Assembly: GCA_035649735.1 (NCBI GenBank)
Contig: DASRIZ010000080.1
Coordinates: 460-64,459 of the forward strand
Origin: Blastocatellia bacterium
Lineage (GTDB): Bacteria; Acidobacteriota; Blastocatellia; UBA7656
Reading direction: 5' to 3'
Length of the DNA: 64,000 nt
The notes below the pieces were generated by a model. It saw nothing but the letters and a program-made list of their open reading frames with translations. It made no database searches and had not been told where the DNA came from. Shown piece by piece: positions 37,606 through 47,880 of the stretch (its first letter is position 1; each line of letters begins with the position of its first letter). The position numbers were made by a program, and so were the translations under genes.

Positions 37606-38241
37606 ATGATAAGAATTCTGATCGCAGATGATCACGCAATCGTGCGTCGTGGACTAAAGCAGATCGTGTCGGAGCAAGCCGATATGATCGTAGCCAGCGA
37701 AGCCGAGAATGCGCGTGAAGTGCTCGATCTGGTTCGGACGCAGAAGTGGGACGTGGTTGTCCTGGATATCAACATGCCAGGGCGAAACGGTCTCGAAGTC
37801 TTGAAGGAGTTGAAACGCGAGAATCCAAAGCTTCCAGTGCTCATCTTGAGCATACATCCCGAAGAGCAATACGGGGTCAGGGTGCTGAAAGCTGGAGCGG
37901 CAGGCTACTTGACGAAAGATAGTGCGCCGGATGAATTGGTACTGGCGATTCGTAAAGTGCATCGCGGAGGAAAGTACATCAGCGCCTCGCTGGCGGAAAC
38001 GCTTGTTTACGAGCTGGTCGCAAAAACGGATGGGCCCAGACACGAAACCCTCTCGGATCGAGAGTATCAGGTAATGACAATGATCGCATCTGGAAAGACG
38101 GTCGGCGAAATCGGCGAGGAACTCTCGCTGAGCGTAAAGACCATAAGTACATATCGCTCTCGTGTCTTGGGCAAGATGAATATGAGAACTAATGCCGAGT
38201 TGACACAATACGCTATTCAGAACCAGTTGCTGGGCAAGTGA
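37606..38241 (+). CDS. NarL/LuxR-family response regulator
   Basis: MIRILIADDHAIVRRGL, DVVVLDINMPG receiver, C-terminal LSDREYQVMTMIASGKTVGEIGEELSLSVKTISTYRSRVLGKM HTH. Confidence 0.9.
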   Translation: MIRILIADDHAIVRRGLKQIVSEQADMIVASEAENAREVLDLVRTQKWDVVVLDINMPGRNGLEVLKELKRENPKLPVLILSIHPEEQYGVRVLKAGAAGYLTKDSAPDELVLAIRKVHRGGKYISASLAETLVYELVAKTDGPRHETLSDREYQVMTMIASGKTVGEIGEELSLSVKTISTYRSRVLGKMNMRTNAELTQYAIQNQLLGK

Positions 38242-38259
38242 ATTGAACTTAGTGTCGCT

Positions 38260-38276
38260 GTAGGACAACGTCCTAC
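38260..38276. promoter_or_regulatory. GTAGGAC-N3-GTCCTAC palindrome downstream of the NarL-type regulator gene
   Basis: Perfect 7-3-7 inverted repeat. Related GTACCTAC (38291-38298) and GTCCTACTCCTAC (38308-38320) lie downstream and upstream of the CheY-like gene. Confidence 0.3.
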
Positions 38277-38416
38277 TGCCGGGTGAGATCGTACCTACAA
38301 AAGAACCGTCCTACTCCTACAAAAAACAGCGTGTTCAGCTGATTTCCCGATCAAGACAAGCCCCCTATTCTCTTATTGTTACCGAAATCGATAGGAAAAA
38401 GGTGGGAGACATCTGG

Positions 38417-38806
38417 ATGAAGGTGCTGATTGTCGATGATTCAAAGGTGGTCCGGGACCGATTGGTCTCGATGCTGTCCGAGCTTGAGGACATCGAGGTT
38501 GTTGGTCAAGCCGTGGATGCCTTTTCAGCAATTGATGCTATTCCAAGTTTAAACCCGGATGTAGTTATTCTGGATATCTATATGTCCGGTTCTGCGACGG
38601 GCATGTATGTGCTCGACAGGATCCGAAGAGAGCCAAACCCCCCGATAGTGATCATGCTTACTAATTACTCTTATGAGCAGTATCGCAAACGATTGCTCGA
38701 CGCTGGCGCAGCCTTCTTCTTCGACAAATCCACGGAGTTTGAAAGGATTCCCGAAGTCCTAAAGCACCTACTCTCCAAAATTCGGCCGTTTCCCGATCGC
38801 GATTAG
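38417..38806 (+). CDS. Single-domain (CheY-like) response regulator
   Basis: MKVLIVDDSKVVRDRL..., DVVILDIYM, receiver only. Confidence 0.85.
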   Translation: MKVLIVDDSKVVRDRLVSMLSELEDIEVVGQAVDAFSAIDAIPSLNPDVVILDIYMSGSATGMYVLDRIRREPNPPIVIMLTNYSYEQYRKRLLDAGAAFFFDKSTEFERIPEVLKHLLSKIRPFPDRD

Positions 38807-38884
38807 AAATCAATCAAGTTCTCAATGTTCAAGTTAAGGGTCCGGCGGTGACGATAGAGACCCGTCGACATTGGAACAGGTGAA

Positions 38885-41662
38885 GTGGACATGCTAGATA
38901 ACAACATCAGTGATCCAGGGGGACTATGTGCCCAACAGAGTTCCACGCGGTCTCTCACTGCCGAAGGTCTGAATGAAATCAACGCGCAGATCATAGCAGC
39001 GGTGCGTCAAGGCCTTATCGTCTACGATAAGGAGCTGAAGCATTCATGGTGGAACCCATTCATGGAAGAGATGGCCGGTCTCCGAACAGAGGAGATAGTC
39101 GGCAAACGCGATTCAGAGCTATTCTCGTTCGTAAAGAAAGAAGGTCTGGACGTATTGTTGGAGCAAGCGCTGGCAGGTGAGAGCGTCTGCTGTCCGGAAT
39201 TCGCCTATTTCATCCCTCAAAGCGGGCTGGCTGGATGGGCTTCTGCGCGATACGAGCCGTTGCGCAACTCCCGGCGTGAAGTCGTTGGTGTCGTGGCGAT
39301 TGTACAGGACATAACTAAATTAAAGCTGGCTCAACAAGCGCTAACGCAATCTGAAGAGCGATACCGGACTGTCATCGAAAGGGCCGTCGACGTCATTTAC
39401 ATGGTGTCGCCGGATTACGCAATCCTCTCGCTCAACGAGTCCTTTGAATCCATTACTGGTTGGCAACGAGCGGACTGGATCGGCAAGAGTTTCCTGAACC
39501 TCTTGCACCCGGCGGACATCCCAACCGCTGTCGCGATCTTTCAACAGGTGTTGCGAGGGGAGACGGTCCCGCCGTTTGAGCTACGGTTCGGCTTAGAGAG
39601 CGGCGCATGCTTCGTAGGCGAGTGCACGGCGGTGCCGCAGTCGGAGAACGGTAGAGTGGTTTCAGCAACAGGGATCGTCAGAGACGTAACTGCGCGCAAC
39701 CGCGCCGATGAGGCTTTGCGCGCCAGCAACGAGCGTTTTGAATTGATCGTCCGAGCGACTAACGACGCAGTTTGGGACTGGAACCTGGTGACCGGCGCGA
39801 TCTGGTGGAGCGAAGGCCTGGAGACATTGTTTGGTTACCACGCCTGCGACGCGGCGACGGAAGGGGCCCGATGGCACGATCAGATACACCCTGACGATCG
39901 GGAGAGAGTGATCTCCGGTTTACAACGCGTTCTCGAGCCGGGCGGACAGAGTTGGTTTGATGAATACCGTTACCAGAGATCCAACGGCTCGTATGCGCAC
40001 GTGTTCGATCGCGGCTTTGTCCTGCGATCGGAGGATGGAACCGCCGTTCGAATGATCGGCGCCATGATGGACACAACCGACCGGCGGTCTGTCGAAGATG
40101 CGCTTCAACGGGCGGAAGAAAAATACCGAAGTATTTTCGAAAACGCCGTTGAGGGAATATTCCAGAGTACGCCTGAGGGTAACTTCATTACGGTAAACCC
40201 GACGCTTGTCCGGATGCTGGGCTACGATTCCGCTGAGGATTTGATGGAAAGCTTCAATGAATCTAAGAACCAGCTTTATACGGACCCGAATCACCGATCG
40301 GAATTCAAACGATTGCTGGAGGAACAGGGGACGGTTCAGCGGTTTGAAAACCAGGTTTACAGAAAAGATCGAAGCGTTATGTGGATCTCGGAAAGCGCGC
40401 GAACGGTGCGCAACGCTGCCGGCGAGGTTCTTTATTACGAAGGGACCGTGGAGGACATCACAGGCCTGAAGCAGGCAGAGGCCGAGCGGCGACATCTGGA
40501 AGAGCAGCTACTTCAGGCACAGCGAATTGAGTCGCTTGGGCTTCTGGCGGGAGGAATTGCGCACGACTTCAACAACCTTTTGACTGCGATAATCGGTTAT
40601 GCGCAACTCGTCGACACGCGACTGGGGTTAGGACACCCGCTTAACGGCGAGGTCAAACAAATAATAGATGCCGGACAACGTGCGGCCACGTTGACAGGTC
40701 AACTCCTGGCTTTTAGCCGGCGGCAAACGTTGATACGACGTCCAGTGAATCTCAACGACACGCTCTCGAACCTGATGAATATGCTGCGGCGGATCATTGG
40801 CGGCGACGTTGAAATTCGTTTCCGAGAAGCACCGGAGCCCTACTTGGTGCTGGCGGATGCCGTTCAGATCGAGCAGGTGATAATGAACCTCGCGGTGAAC
40901 GCGAGGGACGCTATGCCCGACGGCGGTCAATTGCTAATCGAAACCCGAAACATAACCCTCGATGAGGCTTATTGTCGCGAGCACGCCTGGGCCCGGCCCG
41001 GTAAGTACACGCAAATAGCGGTTAGTGACTCGGGCATGGGTATGGACTCGGAAATACAACGGCGAATCTTTGAACCGTTTTTTTCAACCAAACAGATTGG
41101 AAAGGGAACCGGGCTTGGGCTTGCTGTTGTGTACGGAATCGTCAAGCAACATGAGGGGTTGGTCCACGTTTACAGCGAGCCAGGCCAAGGAGCCACATTC
41201 AGAATCTATCTAAGGGCTTACGAGTTTCCCGTCGGAGACGAGTTCGAAGAGCCATTGGGACCAACGATTCGCGGCGGGAATGAGACGGTGCTGGTTGCCG
41301 AAGATGAGTTGACGCTGCGAAAGCTCGCAAAGAGTTTGCTCGAAGGGTTGGGGTATAGAGTGCTGCTCGCAGCGGATGGCGAAGAAGCTGTCAACGTCTA
41401 TGAGCAATCGAGCGACCAGATCGATCTTGTAATCCTTGATCTGATAATGCCGCGAATGGGTGGACGCGAGGCTTACGAGCGAATATGTCGGATAGGTAAC
41501 CGCGAATGTCCTGTCATCTTCGTCACCGGTTACGCACCCGAGATTCTAAAGAGCCAACTTGCGGAGTCGAAAGTAGCGGAGCTAATAGAGAAGCCTTATG
41601 AGTTGGATGTGCTTGCGCGCAGGGTGCGCGACGTCCTGGATGCATCGTCTCGCAATAAGTAA
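38885..41662 (+). CDS. Hybrid multi-PAS sensor histidine kinase with C-terminal receiver
   Basis: PAS blocks; H-box LAGGIAHDFNNLLTAI; HATPase_c GTGLGLAVVYGIV; receiver TVLVAEDE...DLVILDLIMPRMGG. Confidence 0.9.
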   Translation: MDMLDNNISDPGGLCAQQSSTRSLTAEGLNEINAQIIAAVRQGLIVYDKELKHSWWNPFMEEMAGLRTEEIVGKRDSELFSFVKKEGLDVLLEQALAGESVCCPEFAYFIPQSGLAGWASARYEPLRNSRREVVGVVAIVQDITKLKLAQQALTQSEERYRTVIERAVDVIYMVSPDYAILSLNESFESITGWQRADWIGKSFLNLLHPADIPTAVAIFQQVLRGETVPPFELRFGLESGACFVGECTAVPQSENGRVVSATGIVRDVTARNRADEALRASNERFELIVRATNDAVWDWNLVTGAIWWSEGLETLFGYHACDAATEGARWHDQIHPDDRERVISGLQRVLEPGGQSWFDEYRYQRSNGSYAHVFDRGFVLRSEDGTAVRMIGAMMDTTDRRSVEDALQRAEEKYRSIFENAVEGIFQSTPEGNFITVNPTLVRMLGYDSAEDLMESFNESKNQLYTDPNHRSEFKRLLEEQGTVQRFENQVYRKDRSVMWISESARTVRNAAGEVLYYEGTVEDITGLKQAEAERRHLEEQLLQAQRIESLGLLAGGIAHDFNNLLTAIIGYAQLVDTRLGLGHPLNGEVKQIIDAGQRAATLTGQLLAFSRRQTLIRRPVNLNDTLSNLMNMLRRIIGGDVEIRFREAPEPYLVLADAVQIEQVIMNLAVNARDAMPDGGQLLIETRNITLDEAYCREHAWARPGKYTQIAVSDSGMGMDSEIQRRIFEPFFSTKQIGKGTGLGLAVVYGIVKQHEGLVHVYSEPGQGATFRIYLRAYEFPVGDEFEEPLGPTIRGGNETVLVAEDELTLRKLAKSLLEGLGYRVLLAADGEEAVNVYEQSSDQIDLVILDLIMPRMGGREAYERICRIGNRECPVIFVTGYAPEILKSQLAESKVAELIEKPYELDVLARRVRDVLDASSRNK

Positions 41663-41699
41663 AAAGAGACTCCCTTTGCTTTGATTTTGAGGATGTCTT

Positions 41700-42398
41700 C
41701 TACGGATGAGCCACGATATCGAACGTGAATTTCAGCTCGTCTTTGACCCTAATTGTTCCGCCCGCAATCGACACTGGCTTGATGCCGAAGCTCGATTGTT
41801 TTAAGTTGAAGCCGCCTTGTGCGCGCAAAGAGTTGTCGCCGAATTCAAGCCTCGCCGCAATGGTCAGCGGCCGCGATACTCCGTGTAGTGTGAGCTCACC
41901 GCTTATGCGAGCCTGATATTGACCTTCGCCGGTTTTGGAAGCGCTGACACCGCTACTTCTGAACGTTATGTCGGGGTGCTTTGATATCTCGAGGACTTCG
42001 TCGCGCATCGTAGCTTCGATTTGTTGCCGGTCCTTTTCACTGACCTTATCCGTAACCGCCAGCGAACCGGCCCTGATAGTGATCTGGAGCGATCCTGGTT
42101 CGACCGTTCCATATGTAAAGTCGGCTTCACCAGAGAATTCGCGAATAGCGATCGTGTGATCGTGCGCGAAAGCTGACAGGAACCCTCCCGCGAACGCTTT
42201 CACGATAAATCGGCTCTTATCCTTATCGATTCTATATCGAGCGCTTGGACCTTCAAGCCGTGTTAGCGCAGGATTGGTTGCTGCCCAACCAAATGATGGC
42301 TGTTGCGCCCAATCCATCGGAAGGGAACCGGCGGTCACCGCAGGAATTGCCAACAGTACGAGCGTCCTCAGCTTTCGACTCAGGGCTGATGTTTCCAT
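41700..42398 (-). CDS. YceI family periplasmic protein
   Basis: Signal peptide; SRFIVKAFAGGFLSAFAHDHTI...GELTLHGVSRPL. Confidence 0.8.
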   Translation of the reverse strand: METSALSRKLRTLVLLAIPAVTAGSLPMDWAQQPSFGWAATNPALTRLEGPSARYRIDKDKSRFIVKAFAGGFLSAFAHDHTIAIREFSGEADFTYGTVEPGSLQITIRAGSLAVTDKVSEKDRQQIEATMRDEVLEISKHPDITFRSSGVSASKTGEGQYQARISGELTLHGVSRPLTIAARLEFGDNSLRAQGGFNLKQSSFGIKPVSIAGGTIRVKDELKFTFDIVAHP

Positions 42399-42515
42399 AA
42401 CCTGATTCTAGCCTAGAATTTCGGCGGAAGCCCATCCACCCTGAGCTGAGAACCGCTTCGAAAAACAAACAGCACTGAGGCGCGGAGTCGGCCGTCGGTG
42501 TTTCTAAAACTTCCA

Positions 42516-44180
42516 TCAACGATTGCTGGCTTGTTTCAAGTAATCCTGCGCTTCACGGAGTTCGGTCAGATTCGGGTCTGCCTGATTCCATTGCTGCAAC
42601 AGCTTGGAATAGGCTATCAGAGCCGTTTTTGTGTCGCCGCTTTTTGCCGCAGCTCGCGCGGCGCCCAGTAGCGAGCGTGCGCGGTTCGGCTGCCTCAGCA
42701 GCGCGATACCAAACTGCTCAGCGGCCTCTTTTGGCCGACTGGCGCTCAGCAATATCTCACCGAACAGTTCGTGCGATGGCTTGATCAGGCTTGGCGGACC
42801 GGACGGCGGCGACATCTCTTCTTCGAGTGTCGTCGCGCGCTTCATAAGTTCTATCGCTTCAGTAAAGTTCTGTTTCGAGGCCGCAATTGCGGCTGAGACT
42901 TCGAGCTCTTTGATCTCCGCTGACTTTAACGGATACACGTCGCCCTTTTCTGAGATTTGTTTCCGCGCTGCTTGCAGCTCGGCAATAAAGCGGGCCCCTT
43001 CGGGTGAACCGGTCTTTGCCGCGGCGAGTCCGCGAATAAAACTCGGAAGTGACTGGCTTCGCTGGGCTCGGGGAGGAGTTGTTGATGACGCGGCGGCTGG
43101 AGGGGTCGACGGAGCATTATGACCCGCGTGCCCGGCCATCTCAGCGCCGACTGCGGCGGCGCTCGGAGTAAAGTACTTATCGGCAAGATCCCACCGCTCG
43201 GTTTCTACAATAAAGGCCGCGGTGAGATCGTCGTTATATCGAACGACACCATCCTTGCGATTCATCGGCAACAACTGCTCGGCTTTAGCAAAACGTCCCT
43301 GCTGCAGATATACATAAGCAAGCCAGTGAAGGCTGTGGTAATCCCGGGTGCTCAAGGGTAGCTGCTTACGCTTCACCCATGCGTCGGAAACCGCCCAAGC
43401 AGATTCATTGGAAGCGGCGGCTTCGGGCCACATGCCTAACTGGAGAAAGATGTGTGCAGGCATATGACGGGCGTGATGCGCTTCAGGAGCTATTTCGGCG
43501 TAGCGGCGAGCGGCAGGGAGGGCAATGATTGCGTGCTCCGGGTCATCGAACGAATGAATGATAAAATGGGCTGCGCCGGGGTGATTGGGATTCTTGTTAT
43601 AAATATCCATGGCAATGGCTCCGGCCAGAGCCTGTCGCTTAAACCCTCTATCGCCCGGTCGCACCGTCCCAAGGAGGGAGAGCGAGTAAAAGCACGCAGC
43701 CTCGAGGTCGTCCGGAAAATCTAGATAAATCTTTTCCATCGCTACCGCGTAAGCCTTGTCACGAGCAAGCTTGTCGCCCTCCCCGTAGAGAATCCGGATG
43801 GCGTCCACGAAAGCCCGCTCACGCGCCGATATCTTTGATGTGTCTTTTATATTAGCTAGCGCTTTCCGCGCTGCGGCAGTGTCTTGTTCAGCCCAAAGCG
43901 GATGATTGTGGGCCATAGCTTCGCCCCAGTAACCCATCACAAATCCTGGATCGATCGTGGTTGACTCGCGAAACTCATCGAGAGCTTCTTCAAACCAGAA
44001 TGAATGAAGAGCCGCGAGCCCGCGCATAAAATGGGCCTGCGCCTTTTCGGAACCCGACGTGGGAAAAACTACTTTGCCTAATTGGGATTGTTGCGCTTTG
44101 ACGTTGAGAACCAACGCGGAAACCATAAACACACCGATTAATGCGAGCGACGAGTTGCGGGTCCTGCGAGCTGCAAGCAT
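42516..44180 (-). CDS. Secreted TPR-like helical repeat protein
   Basis: Signal-like N-terminus, AHFMRGLAALHSFWFEEALDEFRES..., helical repeats throughout. Function unknown. Confidence 0.6.
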   Translation of the reverse strand: MLAARRTRNSSLALIGVFMVSALVLNVKAQQSQLGKVVFPTSGSEKAQAHFMRGLAALHSFWFEEALDEFRESTTIDPGFVMGYWGEAMAHNHPLWAEQDTAAARKALANIKDTSKISARERAFVDAIRILYGEGDKLARDKAYAVAMEKIYLDFPDDLEAACFYSLSLLGTVRPGDRGFKRQALAGAIAMDIYNKNPNHPGAAHFIIHSFDDPEHAIIALPAARRYAEIAPEAHHARHMPAHIFLQLGMWPEAAASNESAWAVSDAWVKRKQLPLSTRDYHSLHWLAYVYLQQGRFAKAEQLLPMNRKDGVVRYNDDLTAAFIVETERWDLADKYFTPSAAAVGAEMAGHAGHNAPSTPPAAASSTTPPRAQRSQSLPSFIRGLAAAKTGSPEGARFIAELQAARKQISEKGDVYPLKSAEIKELEVSAAIAASKQNFTEAIELMKRATTLEEEMSPPSGPPSLIKPSHELFGEILLSASRPKEAAEQFGIALLRQPNRARSLLGAARAAAKSGDTKTALIAYSKLLQQWNQADPNLTELREAQDYLKQASNR

Positions 44181-44386
44181 CCTTCACCTCCGTTTCAATG
44201 CCGATTCAAGCGCCCCAATTCTATTCCTCGCCCCGGCACCGTTACAAGCGGTTACGTTAAGAGCTCGCAACGACGGTGTATTGCGCAGTTCCAACCGAGC
44301 CAAGTAATCGGTTTTTTTCTCGATTCCTAATGGGGCATTGTGCTAGTATCTTTCATCCGGTAAAACCAAATTTGCAGAGGTGTAAG

Positions 44387-45253
44387 ATGTTAAGGCTGAA
44401 TCGCCGATCCACGGCGCGGTCTATCGTTACCGCGCTTTTGTTTACTTGTCTGGTCTCGCTGTGCGCGCCGATAGCGGCGGCGGCGGGTGAAGGACCACAA
44501 AACTCATATAAAAACACGAGTCGAGACGTCTCGACCACTGGAGAAACCACCGCGGCACCGGAAACAAAATCGCCGCGCGTGTTATATGCCGCGTTCGAGG
44601 CGCTGAGCAGCACCGTCGAACCGGCACTGGAGCCCACAACCCGACCGCGCAGCGTTTCAAAACTTGTTGAATCAGTCAATGCGTTACCCGCCCGACCGAT
44701 TCCGTTTCCTGTTCCACAGCAAACGACCGTAGCGAGCACCGCGCCTATGTCAGCCGGAGAGAAATTCGAAGCGTGGGCGCGTTCACGCTTCATGTCGGTG
44801 GGCCCGTTTGCTTCAGCTGCGTTCAACGGTATGTGGAAAGAATTGAACGATAATGATGACTTTAAGAAAGACACCGTCGGAAACTTCTTTGCCGATTCTA
44901 TGACTCGCGCCGCGCGTAGCTACGCGTCCGGAACAACCAACGCCTTCTATGAGAAGGCTGTCTTCGCTTCGCTATTCAGGCAAGATCCACGGTACCATCG
45001 CTCCGGGAGGACAGGTGCGGGCGCGAAGATCGGTTATGCAGTGACTCGTGTATTCATCACGCAGGGCGATCGGTGCGGATGCCACCAGTTCAATGCTTCG
45101 TTCCTCCTAGGTGGTGCGGCTGGCGCAGTCACTGCAAACCTTTGGGAAAGGAGCGAGCGCACCGGACCAAGGCACACCATCGCCAGGTACTACAACCACA
45201 TCGCTATCACTGCGCTCTATAACATAATCAGGGAATTCGTCGGCGGGCAGTAA
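44387..45253 (+). CDS. Hypothetical secreted/membrane protein
   Basis: ATG at 44387 follows AGAGG. Signal-like MLRLNRRSTARSIVTALLFTCLVSLCAPIAAAA. No family recognised. Confidence 0.55.
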   Translation: MLRLNRRSTARSIVTALLFTCLVSLCAPIAAAAGEGPQNSYKNTSRDVSTTGETTAAPETKSPRVLYAAFEALSSTVEPALEPTTRPRSVSKLVESVNALPARPIPFPVPQQTTVASTAPMSAGEKFEAWARSRFMSVGPFASAAFNGMWKELNDNDDFKKDTVGNFFADSMTRAARSYASGTTNAFYEKAVFASLFRQDPRYHRSGRTGAGAKIGYAVTRVFITQGDRCGCHQFNASFLLGGAAGAVTANLWERSERTGPRHTIARYYNHIAITALYNIIREFVGGQ

Positions 45254-45258
45254 AACCG

Positions 45259-45329
45259 AATAGCATAGACTTTGTCTGTATCTCTCGAGTCTTTCGTTTC
45301 GCGCACAGGCTAAAGTCTATGCTATTTTT
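45259..45329 (+). terminator. Rho-independent terminator (also closes convergent recO)
   Basis: AATAGCATAGACTTT (45259-45273) pairs with AAAGTCTATGCTATT (45312-45326). Stem is extended by GTCTGT/ACAGGC; T-run to 45329. Confidence 0.75.
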
Positions 45330-45337
45330 GCGTCCGG

Positions 45338-46111
45338 CTACTTCCAAGTCGGAGTTGGTTGCTTCAACAGAGACCGGGATCTGAGGTCGCGCTCCAAAGC
45401 GTGACGAATAATCTGATAGTTGATTTCGCCGATCTTTGATATGTGTTCCTGCCTTACGTCTCCTCGAGTGAACGCAGTGGGATGAAGCCTGAACATTTCT
45501 CCGATAACGTTTCGCAGCCCTGCATCGACCGAGAAACCTTTACCGCCCCCACAACCTGCGCAACGCGGAGTCCCTTCGGCCGTTAGAAACACAGACTCGC
45601 CCTCTGAGATGTGCTCATCACAGATCGCACAGTGAGCCGTGTCCGGGAAAAACCCTACCAGCCGAAGGAGCCACGACTCAAAATACCTCAGTATCCTCGA
45701 GAGATCGCCGTCTTCGCTCTCTATCGCATCAAGTGTCGCAATGACCAGTCTGTAAAGCCGCTCATTTGGCTCGTGATCCGGAAGAAACTCCGTAAGCAGT
45801 TCTGCCATGTATGAGAACGCGCTTGCGGTTTCTACATCACGGGCCCCTCGCTCGAAGTGCGAGCGCAGAATGTCACAGTTGGAAATGCTGACCAATTCGC
45901 GGCCTTCCTTCTGGAAATAGCTAAGCCCTACTTCGGTGAACGGCTCGAGCGCAGACCCAAACCGGCTTCTTATTTTTCTAGCCCCATGAGCTACGCCGCG
46001 AACCTTGCCCTGGTCCTTTGTGAGAAAGACGCAGATCTTGTCCGCTTCTTTGAGCGCGTAAGAGCGCAATAGAAAGGCCTCAGTTTTATGCAGCGGCATA
46101 ATTGAAATCAA
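45338..46111 (-). CDS. recO: DNA repair protein RecO
   Basis: MPLHKTEAFLLRSYALKEADKI... OB-fold N-terminus. Zinc motif CAICDE...RCAGCGG. Confidence 0.85.
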   Translation of the reverse strand: MISIMPLHKTEAFLLRSYALKEADKICVFLTKDQGKVRGVAHGARKIRSRFGSALEPFTEVGLSYFQKEGRELVSISNCDILRSHFERGARDVETASAFSYMAELLTEFLPDHEPNERLYRLVIATLDAIESEDGDLSRILRYFESWLLRLVGFFPDTAHCAICDEHISEGESVFLTAEGTPRCAGCGGGKGFSVDAGLRNVIGEMFRLHPTAFTRGDVRQEHISKIGEINYQIIRHALERDLRSRSLLKQPTPTWK

Positions 46112-46334
46112 TCGTCCCGGGTGAGTATATCAGACCCAATCGAGACGCGAGAGACGGCGATATTCCAAAAAGATGTACTCGAGCCGGGGATTCAAGCTGC
46201 TGAGGATTATCGCCGACCTGGAGAATGTTCTCACAGACACGGTACTATGTAATCATTATTGGTCCGATGCTGGAACTGGAGAATCTGCGGTTCCGATATC
46301 GGCTCCGATTGACTATTCACACTCGAGGCAAGAA

Positions 46335-46904
46335 ATGAAAAAGCTTATTCTGTTATGTGTGACCGTCACATCGCTTCCGATGCTTTCGATTACAGGCACC
46401 GGCCAGGAACGCGATAAGCTCGAAAAGATTCAGCAAGCTTTGAAGGACGAGGTACCACGCGTATTGTGCGTCGATGAACGGGTCGCTACAGGTGGTCAGC
46501 CTTCAGATGCCGCTTTTGCTAAGCTCGCTGCCAACGGATATCGCGCCGTATTGAGCCTTCGCACTGGTTCTGAAGGCGTTGATCTGCAACACCAACGGGA
46601 CGTTGCAGAGAAGGCGGGGTTGCGATATATCAGCATACCAATCGTCTCAAGCGCCCCCAAACCCGAACAGGTCGGTGAATTCATAAGGGCCGTCAAGGAC
46701 CCACTCAACCACCCGATGCTCATCCATTGCGGCAGTGCGAATCGCGTCGGTGCCTTTTGGATGATCTACCGAGTGGTGGACCAGGGCTGGCCCGAGGACA
46801 AGGCTCTCGAGGAAGCGGCAAGAATAGGTCTCACGAATCCGGCGTTAAAGACATTTGCGCACGAGTACATCGTCTCTCATCAGACAAAGAAAACGAGTGG
46901 CTAA
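46335..46904 (+). CDS. DUF442-type putative phosphatase (Cys-X5-Arg loop) with signal peptide
   Basis: ATG at 46335 (MKKLILLCVTVTSLPML). VATGGQPSDAAFAKLAANGYRAVLSLR; HCGSANRVG P-loop. Confidence 0.6.
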   Translation: MKKLILLCVTVTSLPMLSITGTGQERDKLEKIQQALKDEVPRVLCVDERVATGGQPSDAAFAKLAANGYRAVLSLRTGSEGVDLQHQRDVAEKAGLRYISIPIVSSAPKPEQVGEFIRAVKDPLNHPMLIHCGSANRVGAFWMIYRVVDQGWPEDKALEEAARIGLTNPALKTFAHEYIVSHQTKKTSG

Positions 46905-47004
46905 GTCTCATCGGGTCAGGTGACATGACTTGGGTTTGGTCTTGAGCGGCTTTTGCTTAGGCGATCCGGTTGCTCGCATCTTCTTAGCCTTGTACGATTG
47001 ACGA

Positions 47005-47847
47005 GTGATCACGTTAACAGAATCGAGTACGCACACCCGCGAAGCAGAGCTGGCGATAAAGGAAACCAGGCTGAGGGAGCTGCTGCGAGGCTTTGGTTCG
47101 GTTATCGTCGCGTTCTCCGGCGGAGTCGATAGCGCTTACCTGGCTTATATTGCAAACGAGGAGCTTGGCGGGAGGGCCCTCGCGGCGACGGGAGACAGTG
47201 CATCCTATCCAACTTTCCAGCGCGAGCTCGCGGATCAGCTTACAAAGCGCTTTGGCATAGTCCACGAAATTATTCTCACCGAAGAGTTCAACGACAGGAA
47301 CTACACTGAGAATCCGCCGAACCGATGTTATTATTGCAAATCGGAACTCTATGACAAGCTTGCTCAGCTGGCGCTCGATCGGGGATTCGAGGTCATTTGC
47401 GATGGAACCAATGCCGACGATGTCGGCGACTTTCGGCCGGGAAGGGAAGCCGCGAGAGAGCGAGGAGTGCGCTCGCCGCTATTGGAATCCGGGCTCACCA
47501 AATCCGAGATTCGCAAGCTGTCGCGTCGCGCTGATCTTCCTACGTGGAACGAACCGGCTTCCGCATGTCTGTCCTCGCGTGTGCCTTACGGACAAGTCGT
47601 TACGATCGAGAAGCTGTCAATGATAGATAAAGCGGAAATTGCTTTGAAGCAACTTGGCTTTCGGCAAGTGCGCGTGCGACACCACGGAGACATCGCGCGA
47701 ATCGAGGTTGCAGAACAAGAGATGCCCCGAGCGCTGGATCCCGAGATGGCCCGGCGAATGTCAGCCGCGCTGAAGCTGCTGGGGTTCAAGTACGTGACGC
47801 TTGATTTGGAAGGCTATCGAATGGGCTCACTTAACGAAGCCCTCTGA
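47005..47847 (+). CDS. larE: PP-loop ATP pyrophosphatase, LarE/TIGR00268-like sulfur transferase
   Basis: VAFSGGVDSAYLAYIA PP-loop, CYYCK, ACLSSRVPYG, ...IARIEV... Confidence 0.7.
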   Translation: MITLTESSTHTREAELAIKETRLRELLRGFGSVIVAFSGGVDSAYLAYIANEELGGRALAATGDSASYPTFQRELADQLTKRFGIVHEIILTEEFNDRNYTENPPNRCYYCKSELYDKLAQLALDRGFEVICDGTNADDVGDFRPGREAARERGVRSPLLESGLTKSEIRKLSRRADLPTWNEPASACLSSRVPYGQVVTIEKLSMIDKAEIALKQLGFRQVRVRHHGDIARIEVAEQEMPRALDPEMARRMSAALKLLGFKYVTLDLEGYRMGSLNEAL

Positions 47848-47880
47848 CGATCAGTGATAAGGGAATCGGGGTCGTGTACG

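Noticed and set aside
44293-44318. AACCGA...TCGGTT hairpin followed by a T7 run in the leader of the 44387 gene; considered as a possible attenuator or riboswitch expression platform
   Set aside because: The stem is only 6 bp and I recognised no upstream aptamer-like conserved structure. This is too weak to call.
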